A stretch of DNA of 63,537 nt, filler included, from Chiloscyllium plagiosum (Eukaryota), in assembly GCF_004010195.1 (NCBI RefSeq). It is 3 parts of one record of this genome, joined end to end, with 100 filler letters (N's around TTAATTAATTAA, not from the genome) between each part and the next. Parts side by side here need not be neighbours in the genome. Positions count along the whole stretch, not along the records: positions 26,529 to 57,977 come from NC_057714.1; 2 more parts are not named here. The stretch is one strand, 5' to 3'. A program made the position numbers and the translations under genes. This document shows, piece after piece, positions 26,429-39,405 of this stretch (within the stretch, counting starts at the first letter, position 1; each line of letters begins with the position of its first letter). The notes beneath the pieces are model-generated. The model had not been told where the DNA came from. It saw only the letters and a program-made list of their open reading frames with translations, and did no database searches.

Positions 26429-26528
26429 NNNNNNNNNNNNNNNNNNNNNNNNNNNNNNNNNNNNNNNNNNNNTTAATTAATTAANNNNNNNNNNNNNNNN
26501 NNNNNNNNNNNNNNNNNNNNNNNNNNNN
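26429..26528. other. Assembly gap with artificial linker
   Basis: 44 N + TTAATTAATTAA + 44 N = 100 bp; the same construct occurs at 57978-58077. Confidence 0.97.
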
Positions 26529-26945
26529 CCCCACCAGTATCCAAAGCGGTATACCTATTGTTTAGGGGAATGACTACAGGGGATCCCTGCACTGCCTGCT
26601 TCCTCCCCTTCCCACCTCTAACTGTTACCCAGCTACCTGTGTTCTCTGGCGTAACTATGTCCCTGTAGCTTCTACCTATCACCTTCTCAGTGTCTCGAAT
26701 AATCCTCAGTTCATCCAACTCCAGTTCCAGTTCCCTAACTCGTTCTGTGAGGAGCAGGATCTGACTGCATTTCCCGCAGATGAAGTCGGCAGGAGTATCG
26801 GTGGTCACCCCTACCTCAAACATCCGGCAGGAGGAACATTCCACTGCCTGCGCTGCCATTGCTCTACACTTCGTCTCCAAAACAAGAACACTGAGTAGCT
26901 TACCTTGGACTTTAAAGTTAGGTTAGAGGAGGAGGATGGGAGGGG
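26529..26945 (-). mobile_element. CR1 5' end: ORF1 zinc-finger/leucine-zipper region
   Basis: MAAQAVECSSCRMFEV...FICGKCSQILLLTERVRELELELDELRIIR...IPLNNRYTAL shows two CxxC pairs plus a heptad repeat, typical of CR1 ORF1. Confidence 0.85.
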
Positions 26946-27399
26946 GGCCATTCTCAAATTTTTTTTGGAAATTCAAGGATATAACATTCGCTGGCTTCCC
27001 TTTATGTACCATACTGGTTAAACTCTCAAAAAGATTAAAATTGATCAACACATATGTGAAAGCATTTTGGCTGATTCTTTTTCTTTAAGTGCATTCTTTC
27101 CACATCCTTAAAAATGGATACTAGTCGTTACCTGAAGGTATGACATTCACAGTTTGCTTGCTACCTTTACTTAGATCGCATGGTTACATCTACTAAATTC
27201 CAATATACTTTTTATCCAAATATTTCCCAGTTTTAAATGTTAAGTAAAACATTTCAGTTAACCTCCCTTTAAGTGTGTCATGTTAGCATGTAAATAGTGA
27301 ATGGCTCAGAGTCTTAATTTTTAAGTAGCAGATCTTACTAACAATGGCAGTGCAGTTCCAGCCCCTCGAGTGGAAATTTTGTTCAAGTGGGAACACATC

Positions 27400-27646
27400 A
27401 ATGATTAGCATTGCTGCCTCACACCGTCATGGACCTGGGTTCAGTTCCACCTCTGAGACACTCTCTGTGGAGTTTGGACATTCTCCCCATGTTTCCTCCC
27501 ACAGTCCAAAGATGTGCAGGTTAGATGGATTGGCCATGGGAAGTGCAGAGACAGGGCACAGGGTGTGGATCTGGGTGTGATGCTGTTTGGAGGGTCAGTG
27601 TGGATTTGATGGGCTGAATCGACTGCTGCCTCTGTCAGGATTCTAG
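27400..27646 (+). mobile_element. V-SINE (HE1-like)
   Basis: ttagcattgctgcctcac head and ctcccacagtccaaagatgtgcaggttag core. Confidence 0.8.
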
Positions 27647-28909
27647 GATGAGTAAAAATTTCTTCATCCAGAGTCGAGAGCTTGTAGAACTGACTACCAT
27701 GGAAAGCAGTCGAGACCAAAACATTGTATGATTTCAAGGAGAAGTTAAATATAGCACTTTGGATATGGGGGAAAAGCAGGAACAGGCTATTGAGTTGGAT
27801 GTTCAGCATAATCATCATGAGTGGCAGGACATGCTCAAAGGGCCAGTTGGCCTACTTCTGCTCTATATTCTATGTTTCCACATGGAAATCAAATTGGTTG
27901 AATGATAGGGAACAGTGCTGTTAAATTGTGGTTTTTCCACATTAAACAAAGGTTTATAGTGAAGTTTCTAATAATGTATGGAAAGCTTAGACCTTGGCAC
28001 ACCGGGCATAATATCAACATTTCTGGACCATACAAAACTTGGAATGATTGTGGAAAAAAAAGTGCAGTACTTCAAAGGGGGAACAAGTTGGAATAGCAAA
28101 TCAAAGTTGGTGCAGACAAACGTGGAGCAATTTATCTTGGTTGAAAAAACAAAGATACAGTATTACAATGAAGGATACAATTCTAAAAGGGTTACAAGAG
28201 CAGATTGTGCGCATCAACATAAATGATTGATACTGGCACAAATTGGGAGAGCTCATCAGGAACATGGAATCTTTGACTTCAAATAGGAGAAGAGTACAAA
28301 AGCAAGTTATGCTTCAGTTGCAGCTGGAGTATTCTGTCCAGTCCGAGGCACCGCACTTTACAAGGTGTGAAGGCAACAAAGAGGGAGTACAGAAAAATTT
28401 CAAATGATTGGACCAATGGTTGAGGAACTTTAGTTAAGTGGATACATTGGAGAAACTGGGACAGTTTCCATTTAGAAGAGAAAGTTCAGAACTATTCAAA
28501 TTCATGAGTGTTCTAGACAAAGTAGATGTGGAGAAATGGCTCCCATTGGTGGATGGATTGAGAATTGCATAGTTTTTTTTAAAACCTCCATGTTGCTAAA
28601 GAGTCACTCAGAATTAAAATCAGAATTTAACATTACTTTGTCATTATTTGGAGTTCTTCCTGCTGGTTCATAATTTTTACCTTAAAAGCCTCTTCACTCT
28701 AACTTCCCAAGTAAACCATGCTACAGTCTCTCAAGTTCGGTTTCTTGTTGAAAATTTAAAATATTTCAAACTACTGGACATCCAGTCTTATAACCTATCT
28801 AATCTTAAGAAATAACCACTCATGTGCCATAACTGCTCATCAACATGAGTGGTAACCGTAAACAATGCTCAACAACGCAGATTGCTGGAAATGCGATATA
28901 TATTCTTAC

Positions 28910-28996
28910 CCTGTGATCATTTTTGTTGTTACAGAGGTGATCAAATTCCAAAGATGTCGCATGAATCTTGCGTTGAAAGCCAAACTATACAGAAGT
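28910..28996 (-). CDS. UBE3C: UBE3C internal coding exon (87 nt), absent from the ORF track
   Basis: Acceptor ttgcttccag/ and donor /gtaaga. Encodes (R)LLYSLAFNARFMRHLWNLITSVTTKMIT(G), continuing directly from the previous exon as in recalled human RLLYSLAFNARFLRHLWFLISSMSTRMITG. Phase 2 in, phase 2 out. Confidence 0.95.
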
Positions 28997-31266
28997 CTGG
29001 AAGCAACCATAAAAAAATTTAAGAAACAAGCACAGATTAAACCAACGTGATTCCTAAATTCTACAAGTTAAAAGCATTTGTCCAGTGCACAAGCAAACGC
29101 CTACACTACACTTGACAGTTGAAAGCAGCAAATCATTGTTCTCTCAACAAAAGAAGCGAAATACAATATTCAAAAGCGTAACTTGCAAAATATCAAATGG
29201 AAAGGGCCAAGTAAAATGACGATAAGTACTTATTTCAAACAAATTTAAATTTTGGATCATAAGGGGTATGAAAAGCACAAGTTTTAATAATTCAACATCC
29301 ATAAAGCTCTTTCGGATATTTGAGGACACTAATTGCATTTTTTAAAACCGTCTACTTTCTTGACTAGCAAAATAAAATTTTTCAAAGATTTAATTTTCCA
29401 AATGCACCATTCGCACTTTGTTACCGACTTTGAACCAAATCATGCATTTCAAACAATAAATTTTAGCATTTAACAAAAAGAACCCAAAGAACTGCAGGTG
29501 CTGGAATTTGCAACAAAAACAAATTGCTGGCGAAACTCAGGTGTGTCAGCATCTGTAGAGAGAAAGCAGAGTTAACATTTCAAGGTCAGTCCCGAATAAA
29601 GGTCACTGGACAAACTCTGCTTGCTCTCCATAGATGCTGCCAGCCCTGCTGACTTGCTCCAATTATACCCATTTTTGTTTCAACTTTTAGCATTTCCTCA
29701 ATCTCCCTCTATTTTGATCAGTAAATGACAAACATTTTCCTGTTCAAGGTCTTGGAAAATTCAACAGTTATATTTGGTTTTAACAGTTACATTTTTCAAA
29801 TCTTCCTTCCCCTGTCAAAGTGCAAAGAAACATATATGGCTTTGTAGCATTTGAAAGAATTCATTGGGCGAAGGGAAAGAAAAGATCAAGGTTTCAATTA
29901 CTTCGATAAAAACACGTGATGAAGGTTCATAATACTTTATTTGGAAACTCAGGTTCTAAAGAGGACAGAACTATGTATAGTTTTATGTTTAATTTGTTTC
30001 TATATTGAGAGTCAGGAAGGGAAGAAGAGTTTTAGTTTCATTTTAGATTAGTTTGGTGATTAGCAATGGGCTATCTGGAAATTTATTTACGTGCACTTAA
30101 ATGGAGCACAAGCTCCAACCCATATTCCCAGCACTTTCAGGTAATCTATTCAGACAGTGAAGGGGACAAGGATGAGTTGGCCCCGTTCCTGCAGAACACA
30201 ATTTTGTTCTTGCCTCTATTTTCCTTGGTTGTCCAGACCAATTTGAACAAGTTGCAGATGCTCATGAGTCTGTGAGCCAACAGCAATCAGAGCAGAAAAT
30301 GACAACAAAGTATATGCACAAAAAGGCTTTGACCTATAAGCATTCACTATTTGGGATAGTCACTCCTCTTAAGCTTGTGCTGAGGTTCCACCTGCCCCTC
30401 GTACTTCTAAGGATGGACCTTGGCACACTGCCACAGGACACTACAAACAGTCAGGTCTTGCTGTATTATCTGACCTACATGCAAAGGTCTGCATTGAGAA
30501 AACAACTTCCACCATAAGAGATCAATACCTAATGCCCTCTTAGTTTTGTGGGAAAAGAACAGCACTGATTCGATTATGCTCAGGGATGTATTACAGCTGG
30601 AAAAATGCAGTGGGGAATGCTGTCTGAAACCTTTCAACCACTGTTTACCGAGAGGCTGGAAATTTCTAGAACATTTCAGGCCATATGCTTATTATTAACA
30701 TACCTGGTATATGTCACATGCATTGCAATTAGACTGAGGCATCCAAGAATGCAACATGTTCAATGGAGCGAAATGGTATTTATTGCAATTTTCATTAAAA
30801 ATCGCTCCAGTTACATCCTTAAAACATAACATGCACACCAAACAGAATTTCCTTTCCTTCTATGTTGACTTCTCTGTGCTTTTTGTAAAAGGGATGGTTA
30901 AGATTGAGCTAACAACAGATTGGAACACTTTCCTGAGGAAAATATCAGGTAAAATGGCCTGTAGTTGATTTTTTTGCTTAAAAAAGCAGCATTACATTGC
31001 AGTCTTGCTCATAAAAGGCAATTTAGGATTGATTTAGGCTCTCAACATGACACACCTGCACTTTCTGGAAGTGAAATATATTCACTTATAGAGCTCTGCT
31101 CTTCATTAACAAAATGACCATGTATACGCTGCACTGGTTTCAACCCAATAAAATAGGTGACACCCTATCCCTGAATCATTGCTCAAGACAATGCATTGAC
31201 TGATCAATCAACCTAGCACATGGCAACACCACCACGACAGTCCAATTAATTAGCACTTTCCTTTTA

Positions 31267-31434
31267 CAGGACAACCTCGATAATCTGAACATTATTCAAA
31301 TTTCGGATTATCCGAATAAGATCTCAAGGTCCAATGAAAACACTACCCATTATCCAAACAATCTGTTATCTGAACTCAGTTATCCGAACAAAATACTCCC
31401 CACTCGTCTCATTCTGAGAATCAAGGCTGTTTTG
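31267..31434. mobile_element. Tc1/mariner (Tigger/pogo-like) MITE
   Basis: Imperfect TIRs caggacaacctcgataatctgaa / ttctgagaatcaaggctgttttg, TA on both sides (31265-66, 31435-36), internal repeated ttatccgaa motifs. Confidence 0.72.
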
Positions 31435-32761
31435 TATAAGTATAAATGCTGCTTTTCATTTAGATTGGTATTGTGAATTGTTGTGATGAGTGCAAGCCAA
31501 AACACTGACAAAATACCATTTTTCCCAGAAACTCATCTGTGCCACTCAGCTTCTACGACTCAAACACTACATGTTACTTTTGTGAACTTCCAATTACAGA
31601 ATTGACTTTTATAAATCAGAGCCAGAGCTTACACCACTGCAGGTCTCTTTTGAAGCTCAAGTTTAAAAATCATAACACCTGGATATGGTCCAACAGGTTT
31701 ATTTGAAAGTACAAGCTTGCAGACCACAGGTCTTTCATCAGGTAACTAGTGGGACACTATCATAGGACACAATTTATAGTAAAAGATCAAAGTGTCATAC
31801 ACTGATGCGATGTTTTGAACAAACCTAGATTGCTGTTAAGTTTTTAATCACTTAAAGATGCAGATTTCAATTAATACATAAATTCCAGAACTTCTTTCAA
31901 GTCACAGTCCTGAGACAACAAGGTTTCGCCAGTATTAAAAAAAAGTGAAATCTCAGCTCAGACAGTGCATTAAAGGTGTGAGGTTGGAGTCTGTCTGTAT
32001 CCCAACTTTGAGTCAGACTTGTTCTAATTCCAAAGTAGAAATTTATCAAATGTCACATGGGCTGACTGCCTACAGATTGTGTTTTTGAACAAAATTCACC
32101 CCATAGACACGCGTGAGTGTGTCGTGGAGCAAGAAACAGAAAGTGAGTCAGAGAGTCCAAGTATGTGCGAGAGAAGGAGAGAGAGTGGGAGTGCGTCTAA
32201 CAGTATGTCATGCTTGATAGTGTGTGTGTGCGCAAGTGTGACGGAGTATATGTCTGTGACAGGTTATGCTTGAGAATGTGTGCGCATGTATATGACAGAG
32301 AGAGCACATGTGTATCAAAGAAGGTCTGTATGAATGTGAGAATATGTGTATTTGTGTTTGTGTGATTGAGTGTGTGTATAATGTAGTGGGGCCACTTGTA
32401 GTGTGACATGAACCCAAGATCCCGGTTGAGGCTATCCTCATGGGTACCAAACCTGGCTATCAACCTCTGCTCAGCAACTCTGCATTGTTGAATGCCCCGA
32501 AGTCAGAGTAATGATAGCATCCATGTCAACACTCTAACACATCTTGCAGTGGTTGCCATAACAGGATTGTATGGTGTTGTGGCCGATGTTGTCCTGAAGG
32601 CTGGGCGGTTTGCTGCAAACAATGTTAAGGTTTGGCAGTTGTTGAAAGGTGAGAATTGGAGGTTCAGACAAAATTTTGGCGAGGTGATCATTCTTATCGA
32701 TAATGTGCTACAGGCTGCGAAGAGCATGGCATAGCTTCTCCACTCCTGGAAAGTACGAGAT

Positions 32762-33371
32762 AGGATAGTGAAGGTGACATATGGTATGCTTTCCTTTATT
32801 GGTCAGAGCATTGAGAACAGGGATTGGGAGGTCATATTGCTACTGTACAGGACATTAGTTAGGCCACTGTTGGAATAATGCATGCAATTCTGGTCTCCTT
32901 CTTATCGGAAAGATGTTGTGAAACTTGAAAGGGTTCAGAAAAGATTTACAAGGATGTTGCCGGGGTTGGAGGATTTGAGCTATGGGGAGAGGTTGAATAG
33001 GCTCGGACTGTTTTTCCTGGAGCATTGGAGGCTGAAGGGTGACCTTATGGAGGTTTATAAAATCAAGAGAAGTATGGATAGGATAAATAGACAAAGTATT
33101 TTCCCTGAGGTCAGGGAGTCCAGAACGAGAGGGTATAGGTTTAGAATGAGAGAGGAAAGATATATAAGGGACCAATGAAGCAACTTTTTCATGTAGAGGG
33201 CAGTACATGTTTGGAATGAGCTGCCAGAGGAAGTGGTGGAGGCTAGCACAATTGCAACATTTGAAAGGCATCTGGACGGGTATATGAATAGGAAGGGTTT
33301 GGAGGGATATGGACTGGGTGCTGGCAGGTGGGACTAGATTGTTTCCATGCTGTACATCTCTATGACTCTAT
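32762..33371 (+). mobile_element. CR1 LINE 3' fragment nested in the PLE
   Basis: QFWSPSYRKDVVKLERVQKRFTRMLPGLEDLSYGERLNRLGLF. Flanking duplication gagat (32757-32761, 33372-33376); removal restores the PLE frame VPFVISYFP on the minus strand. Confidence 0.92.
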
Positions 33372-34076
33372 GAGATGACAAAGGGTACCAGATCATTGTT
33401 TGCAGCAAACTGCCCAGCCTTCAGGACATCAACCACAATACTACACAACCCTGTCATGGCAACCGTTGCAAGATGTGCCAGAGTGTCAACATGGATACTA
33501 CCATTACATGGGGGGGACACCACACACTACATGCATGGCAGATATTCAAGTGACTCAGCCAACATTGTCTATTTCATATGCTGCAAGCAAGGATGTCCCC
33601 AGGCATGATATATTGGTGAAACCAAGCTGACAACAACAACAGATGAATGGACACAGCGCAACAATCACCTGACAGGGGTGTTCCCTGCCAGTTGGGGAAC
33701 ACTTCAGCAGTCAGGGACATTCAGCCTCAGATCTTCGGGTGACCATCCTCCAAGATGGATTTCGGGACAGGCAGCAATGCAGAGTCACCGAGCAGTGGTT
33801 GACAACCAAGTGCGGTACTCATGAGGCAGCCTCAATTGGGATCTTGGGTCCATGCTACACTGTAAATGACTCCATTACACTTTACACTCACACACGCACA
33901 CCCACTCTCAGGCAAATACTCAGTCATACTCATGCACACACTACGAAGAACACAGACTCGCTCTCAACCTCTTCCCCCCCCCCCGCACCCCCAAACACAT
34001 ATATACACGTTAACTTCTCTCACATGCACACATATCTAAAGTCTTTGAGGTGAATTTGCATTTGTGGATACATTCT

Positions 34077-34078
<2 letters not shown>

Positions 34079-34122
<44 letters not shown>
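34079..34122. repeat. (AC)n microsatellite
   Basis: About 21 perfect AC units. Confidence 0.97.
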
Positions 34123-34125
<3 letters not shown>

Positions 34126-36065
34126 GTAGGTATTGTCAGTCAATGCGATATTTTATAAATGCACACTTTGGAAATAGAACCAGTCTGACTCAAGGCTGGG
34201 ATACAGACAGATTCCAACCTCTCACTTTTCATTCATTATCTGAGCTGAGATGCCAATTTTTTTTGTACTGATAAAATCTTAAGTTATCTGCTGTGATTTG
34301 TAAAGAAATGCTGGGATTCACATATTAATCAATCGAAACTGCATTTCCACTCTAACTGATTAAAGGCTTAACAGCAATCTAGGTTTGTTCAATACATCGC
34401 ATCAATTGTTTGACACTTTGATCTTTTACGATCAATTCTGTATCCTATGATCCTGCCCCACTAGTTACCTAACGAAAGAGCAGCGCTCCAAAATATTGTA
34501 CTTTCATTATTGGACTATAACCTGGTGTTGTGTGATTTTTAAACTGTGTCCACCCCAGTCCAACACCAGCATCTCCACATAATGTGAATTTCAAGTTGTA
34601 AGCACTGTGGATTTGTAAAAAACTTTAGTTCCTCACGCTTGCCCAATATTTTTCTCTGCACTTTTTAATTACCTAAATTTGCCCATTTTCATCTCTATCT
34701 CTAGTAGCTAATATATGTTTTCTACTGTCCCAACAGAAAATATTTTTTCAACATCTGCCAACTCACCATGACAATTCATTTGTCATTGCTTTTAAGGGGC
34801 AAATGTCTGTTTTACAACCACCTTCCTTCATATACATCGATAAATGGCTTTTAAATTCCTGGTCGGTTTACACGTGCTATTATTTTCCCTCTTAACAACT
34901 TATTGGTGAACCTCTGACTTCTAAAACACTGCAAATGCCCAGTCTTCTTATTAATCTTCACAACATTACAAACCTCTTCTTTGAAACTAAAGAAGTCTTT
35001 AGTCTCCTTTGCAAGACAAAGATGGCTATTTCTCACTAAATTTTTGTTTTTCAATGAAACGCATTTGGTTGAACCATTTCGATTCTTTAAAAGTTTCCCA
35101 CTGTTCACATAACTTCATACCTTTTAGTCGATTTATTCACACCAATGAGCCTAACACATGCCTCTGCACTTGATTTTAAGATCTGTTTGGGATTCAAGCA
35201 TGTCGTTTTGACACGACTGACAACACTACGGTTTTAAGAGGTACATTCTCTCACAGAGTTTGGACTGGAGAATTGCATGCAAGAACGTATTTTACAGAAT
35301 TTACTGTTGCCAATTATTCTGTTAAGTTTTTCAGTAGACTTACGTTATTCCAATTCTTCTTTCTTTTGTTTGTATTTTAACTGTAGTGTAGGAATTTGCT
35401 TCAAGCCTGGTAGTTTTATCAATCGAATTGCATCTGGAACACAAGGCCTTATACTCGCCTTTAAAAGTAAGCAAATGCTGTGGTCCAGACTATCATCTTC
35501 ATATATTTTGAGTTCATTTAGTCTGGTCCATAACAGTGACCCAAAATATAATTGTTATGATCACTATTTCCTGGAGATTATTTTCCAATAAAATAATTTA
35601 TTAACCTTGTGTCATTGCATAATACTAAATCTAAAAGAGCTTCATTTCTAGTTGGTTCCACAACATATTGTTTTAGGCAACTGTCACAAAAGCATTCCAC
35701 AACTTAGCTCTCAGGTTGCATTTGCGCATTTCATTTTGTATGAGGTTTAAAATTTCTCCACAATTTATAATATCCCAGTTAGTAGCTCCAATAGTTTCTT
35801 GCTACTGCACTGAATGACAAAATAACCACTAAGTTGTCCTATGAACAACTCCCACCAACCTTTTCTGTCCCTTGCCATTCCTCATCTCGACCCATACTGG
35901 TTCTATCTCCTGATTTTTAGGACCAAGATGCCTTTTCACTAATGTCTTTATGTATCATTGCTTATCAACTGTCCCTCATTTTCCATTGTTGCTGTCTTTT
36001 CAAATGTTGTACACTCAGAATATTTACTTCTGAACTAGGTCACTTGTCACCTTAATCCACTTTAA

Positions 36066-36450
36066 GGGGAGACAGTAGTACAGCGGTAGTCTCACTGGAC
36101 TTGTAAGTCAAAACTCCATGTTGCCATGCTCTGGGGATTTACGTTTGAATCCCATCACAGCAGATGACAAAATTTCAATTCAGCAAAGGCCTGGAATTAA
36201 AAACTAGCAAAATGGTTATGATGTAACCACTGCTGATTGTCATTAAAAACCCACCTGGTTCAGTAACGTCCTTTAGGGAACAATATTTGCTGGGCTTTCC
36301 TGATTTGGTTTACATGCAACTCCAGATCCACAGCAACTCAGCTGATACTTAACTGCCTGCTGAAATAGACTAACACCACACAGTTCCAGGACAATTAGTG
36401 ATGGGCAATAAATTCTGGCCTAGCCTGCAACATGCATAGTCCATGAGTAA
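36066..36450 (+). mobile_element. Second tRNA-derived SINE family, diverged
   Basis: Shares the cccacctggttcagtaacgtcctttagggaa core and gatgggcaataaat tail. Confidence 0.68.
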
Positions 36451-38764
36451 AAAAAGTTTTTCCATGGTGATTATATCTAAATATTTGTATCTATTTGTGT
36501 CACTAGTCATCTAACATATTGTAGGTGCTCCACACATTCAAATAAAGTGACTTGAATTATTTTTCCACTGTTATTCTCGATGAGACCTTAAAGTTGATCA
36601 CTAATAGTGCATCAGAAAGTGTCTCTTCCTGTCCCACTCAGTTTATTGTCACTTATACTGATGTATTTTTCTTAACCACAAATAAAAAATTTTACCACGA
36701 AAGCTATATTTAAATCATTTTTAGTAATGGATCTGAATTCCACATGCCCCCTTTGCACTGAATGCACAATAAACATAATTTTGTACTTAGTACAACTTAA
36801 GCACAGAGGCAATGGAAAGGTATAGTTCTAATACTGCCAAGTAACATATTAAAAACATTGATCACGAAAGTTTAAAATGCTATTTGCACAGCTAGTTATG
36901 ATGTGGCTGGCATGCAGCTCTTGTGAAGAGACCTCATCATGTTTTCTCACTGATTACAGACCTGCCACCAACACCACTCCGCACTCAATTATTGCTGCAC
37001 AAAAGGACAAGTCAACAACATAAAATATTCAGGATTAGTTTGCAATCATTATGCACATGTCCAAACTTCGAGGTATCAGTAATTTCCCCATTTCACAGTT
37101 TTCTTTAAGTTCAGCAAATGACCAAATTTCTGACTCCCCCCACCCCCACCAAAACTTACACAAATTAAAAACTAAATTAAAAATACGCAACACACCCAAA
37201 CACCAAAATCAAGCACTGCAAAGCAAAGCAATAAGATATAGGTTCAATTCCATCCATACTCTATTATGTTGCTAATACTACAGAGAGAAAGCAATTATTT
37301 GGACTACTTGCAACTCTCAGCAGCCATAACATGCCATCTTTTAAGAGTCAAAGACAAAAAATGATGGAAATATTCAATATGTCAGGCATGCCCTACCAAG
37401 GCAAAACAGAGTGACATGTTTTATTTTTTATCAGACCAGAAGTTAGAAACATAATGGTTTACAGCTTTTTAAACAATTAAAATTTTTCCATCATGATTTG
37501 ACTCTGTTGTTGGATCATTATGGCTTCCTTTTCTTCCATTATGCACAAGCATCATTGTTTCAATTTAACAAGAATCAGCATTCCTGAGGTTTACCTGTGT
37601 TCTCTCAAAAACCTCCCCTTTGTTTGTTTTTAATTGACATTTTCACTTGGCTTCAAGCCCTGAAGTATTGAACTTAACATATTAACTCAATTCTTCTGTT
37701 TAGTAACTCACAGACTGTTTATTTCTAATACTTGCTATTTTTATTTCAGAGGGGCTTTGGACTACACTCTGGAAATCAACCCCTGCCTATTGACTCACTT
37801 CATATTGAGTTCCTCGCGATTGCGAGGACATGTGCCTTAAAGAACAAAGAAAACTAAATGATACAGGTGTTGGATGCTAATCAAGGAAATTGCTAATTTA
37901 ACCCGAGGGTTTCTTGAAATGCACAAATTTATTTATCGGGCCGACAATATAATTAAACATCAAGTGCTTTGAGAAGTATTTTAAATAAAGCAGGACACCA
38001 AATCACATGAGGAGATAGTAGTAGAAAACCAAATTGTTTTGATACAAATACTTACATTCTTACATGACCAAAATCAATACTAAAAAGCTGACAGACCTAA
38101 AAATTCTTGCGTAAAATAACATTTTGATACATTAAAAAAAAAAGACAAAGGTCTATATACCTGAAAAATTTAGTGACTCACAGCCAATTAATTGAAGACT
38201 AAAAATAAACTTGTAATGAATGATTTTGGACCATTCTACTGTGCTGATTCTCTGTAAAATTGCTGATTTAGAGCTAGGCAATCCACAGGAAATGGCAGCT
38301 GTGCTCATACAATTATAGCCATGGTCTTGCTTTTTTCACTTCAGTAAACATCTTTACAAACAGTTCACTAGTAAACACAACCACTGATGATGCATTTCAA
38401 ATCAGTAGTTATTACCCAAAAAGGCAGGTTATTTGCAGCAATAAATGCATACATTCCAATTCAGCAGCAGCTATGTTCTTGAAACCTCACATCCTGTCCT
38501 GATGTAATTAGTCCACAAAAAGCTAATTATCTTAATCGAGCATTGACAGTTTCACTGACATCTTACTTCCTCTGGCAGCTATAAACACTCCTAAACTAAG
38601 ACAGCAGCTAATAAGCTTTCAGTGCATTATTTACATTGCTGTTTTGCAATGAACACCATTAAGCTCAACACAGGATCGGCAGAAGTATTTATCTCTTTTA
38701 TTGCCAACATTTGCTCTTTGGAATCTTTTTACCCCTAAATTTAGGGGGGGGGGGGGGGGAGAGG

Positions 38765-39060
38765 GGGAGTTCAAAACTAGGCAGCCTATTAAGGTGAGAG
38801 CAGCAAGATTTGAGAGAGACCCGAGGGACAACGTTTTCTTCACAGAGGATGGTTCACGTATGGAGTGAACTATCAGAGGAGATGGTAGACGCAGGTACAG
38901 TTGCAACGTTTAAAAGACATTTGGACAGTTACATGAAGAGGAAAGGTTTAAAGGAACATGGGCCAAACGCAATCAAGTGGGACTAGGTTAATTTGGAAAA
39001 CTTGATCAGCTAGGATGATTTGGACTCAAGGGTCTGTTTCTCAGCTGTATAACTATATTC
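38765..39060 (+). mobile_element. CR1 LINE 3' end
   Basis: Degenerate ORF2 end (gagttcaaaactagg...aacgttttcttcacagagga) and 3'UTR. Confidence 0.72.
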
Positions 39061-39081
39061 CGAAGTTTCTCAATACAAAAA

Positions 39082-39405
39082 GGGGCGGCATGATGGCTCA
39101 ATGGTTAGCACCACCGCCTCACAATGCCAGGTACCCAGTTCAAGTCCACGCCCCGGTAACTGTCCACTCCCTGTGTCTGCGTGGATTTCCTCCGGCAGCT
39201 CCGGTTTCCTCCCACAGTCCAAAGATGTGCAGGTTAGGTGAGTTGATTGTGCTAAATTGCCCATAGTGCTCAGGGATGTGTAGGTTAGGTGCATTAGTCA
39301 GGGTAAATGTAGAGTAATAGGTTAGGGGAATAGGTCTGAGTGGGTTACTCTTCGGATGGTCGGTGTGGATTTGGTGGGCTTATTTCTAACGCTGCAGGGA
39401 TTCCA
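39082..39405 (+). mobile_element. V-SINE (HE1-like)
   Basis: ggggcggcatgatggctcaatggttagcacc head and V-domain. Confidence 0.87.

Larger units (their letters stand above)
31660..34580. mobile_element. Penelope-like element with long inverted arms and a GIY-YIG endonuclease remnant
   Basis: About 31660-32490 is the diverged reverse complement of about 33765-34550. Frameshifted + strand peptides RYSSDSANIVYFICCKQGCP..YIGETK..PVGEHFSSQGHSASDLRVTILQ..TKCGTHE are typical of the PLE GIY-YIG domain. Inversion point near 33388. Confidence 0.85.

Noticed and set aside
26473..26484. Palindromic TTAATTAATTAA island within Ns, repeated at 58022-58033
   Set aside because: It sits symmetrically in exactly 100-bp gaps and has stop codons in all six frames, so it is a scaffolding linker rather than biological sequence.
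30066..30968. Cluster of overlapping 69-81 aa ORFs in unique sequence
   Set aside because: No recognisable motifs or consistent splice structure; the lengths are expected by chance.
38743..38768. Long G-run (possible G-quadruplex)
   Set aside because: A simple homopolymer at the edge of a CR1 fragment, with no evidence of function.
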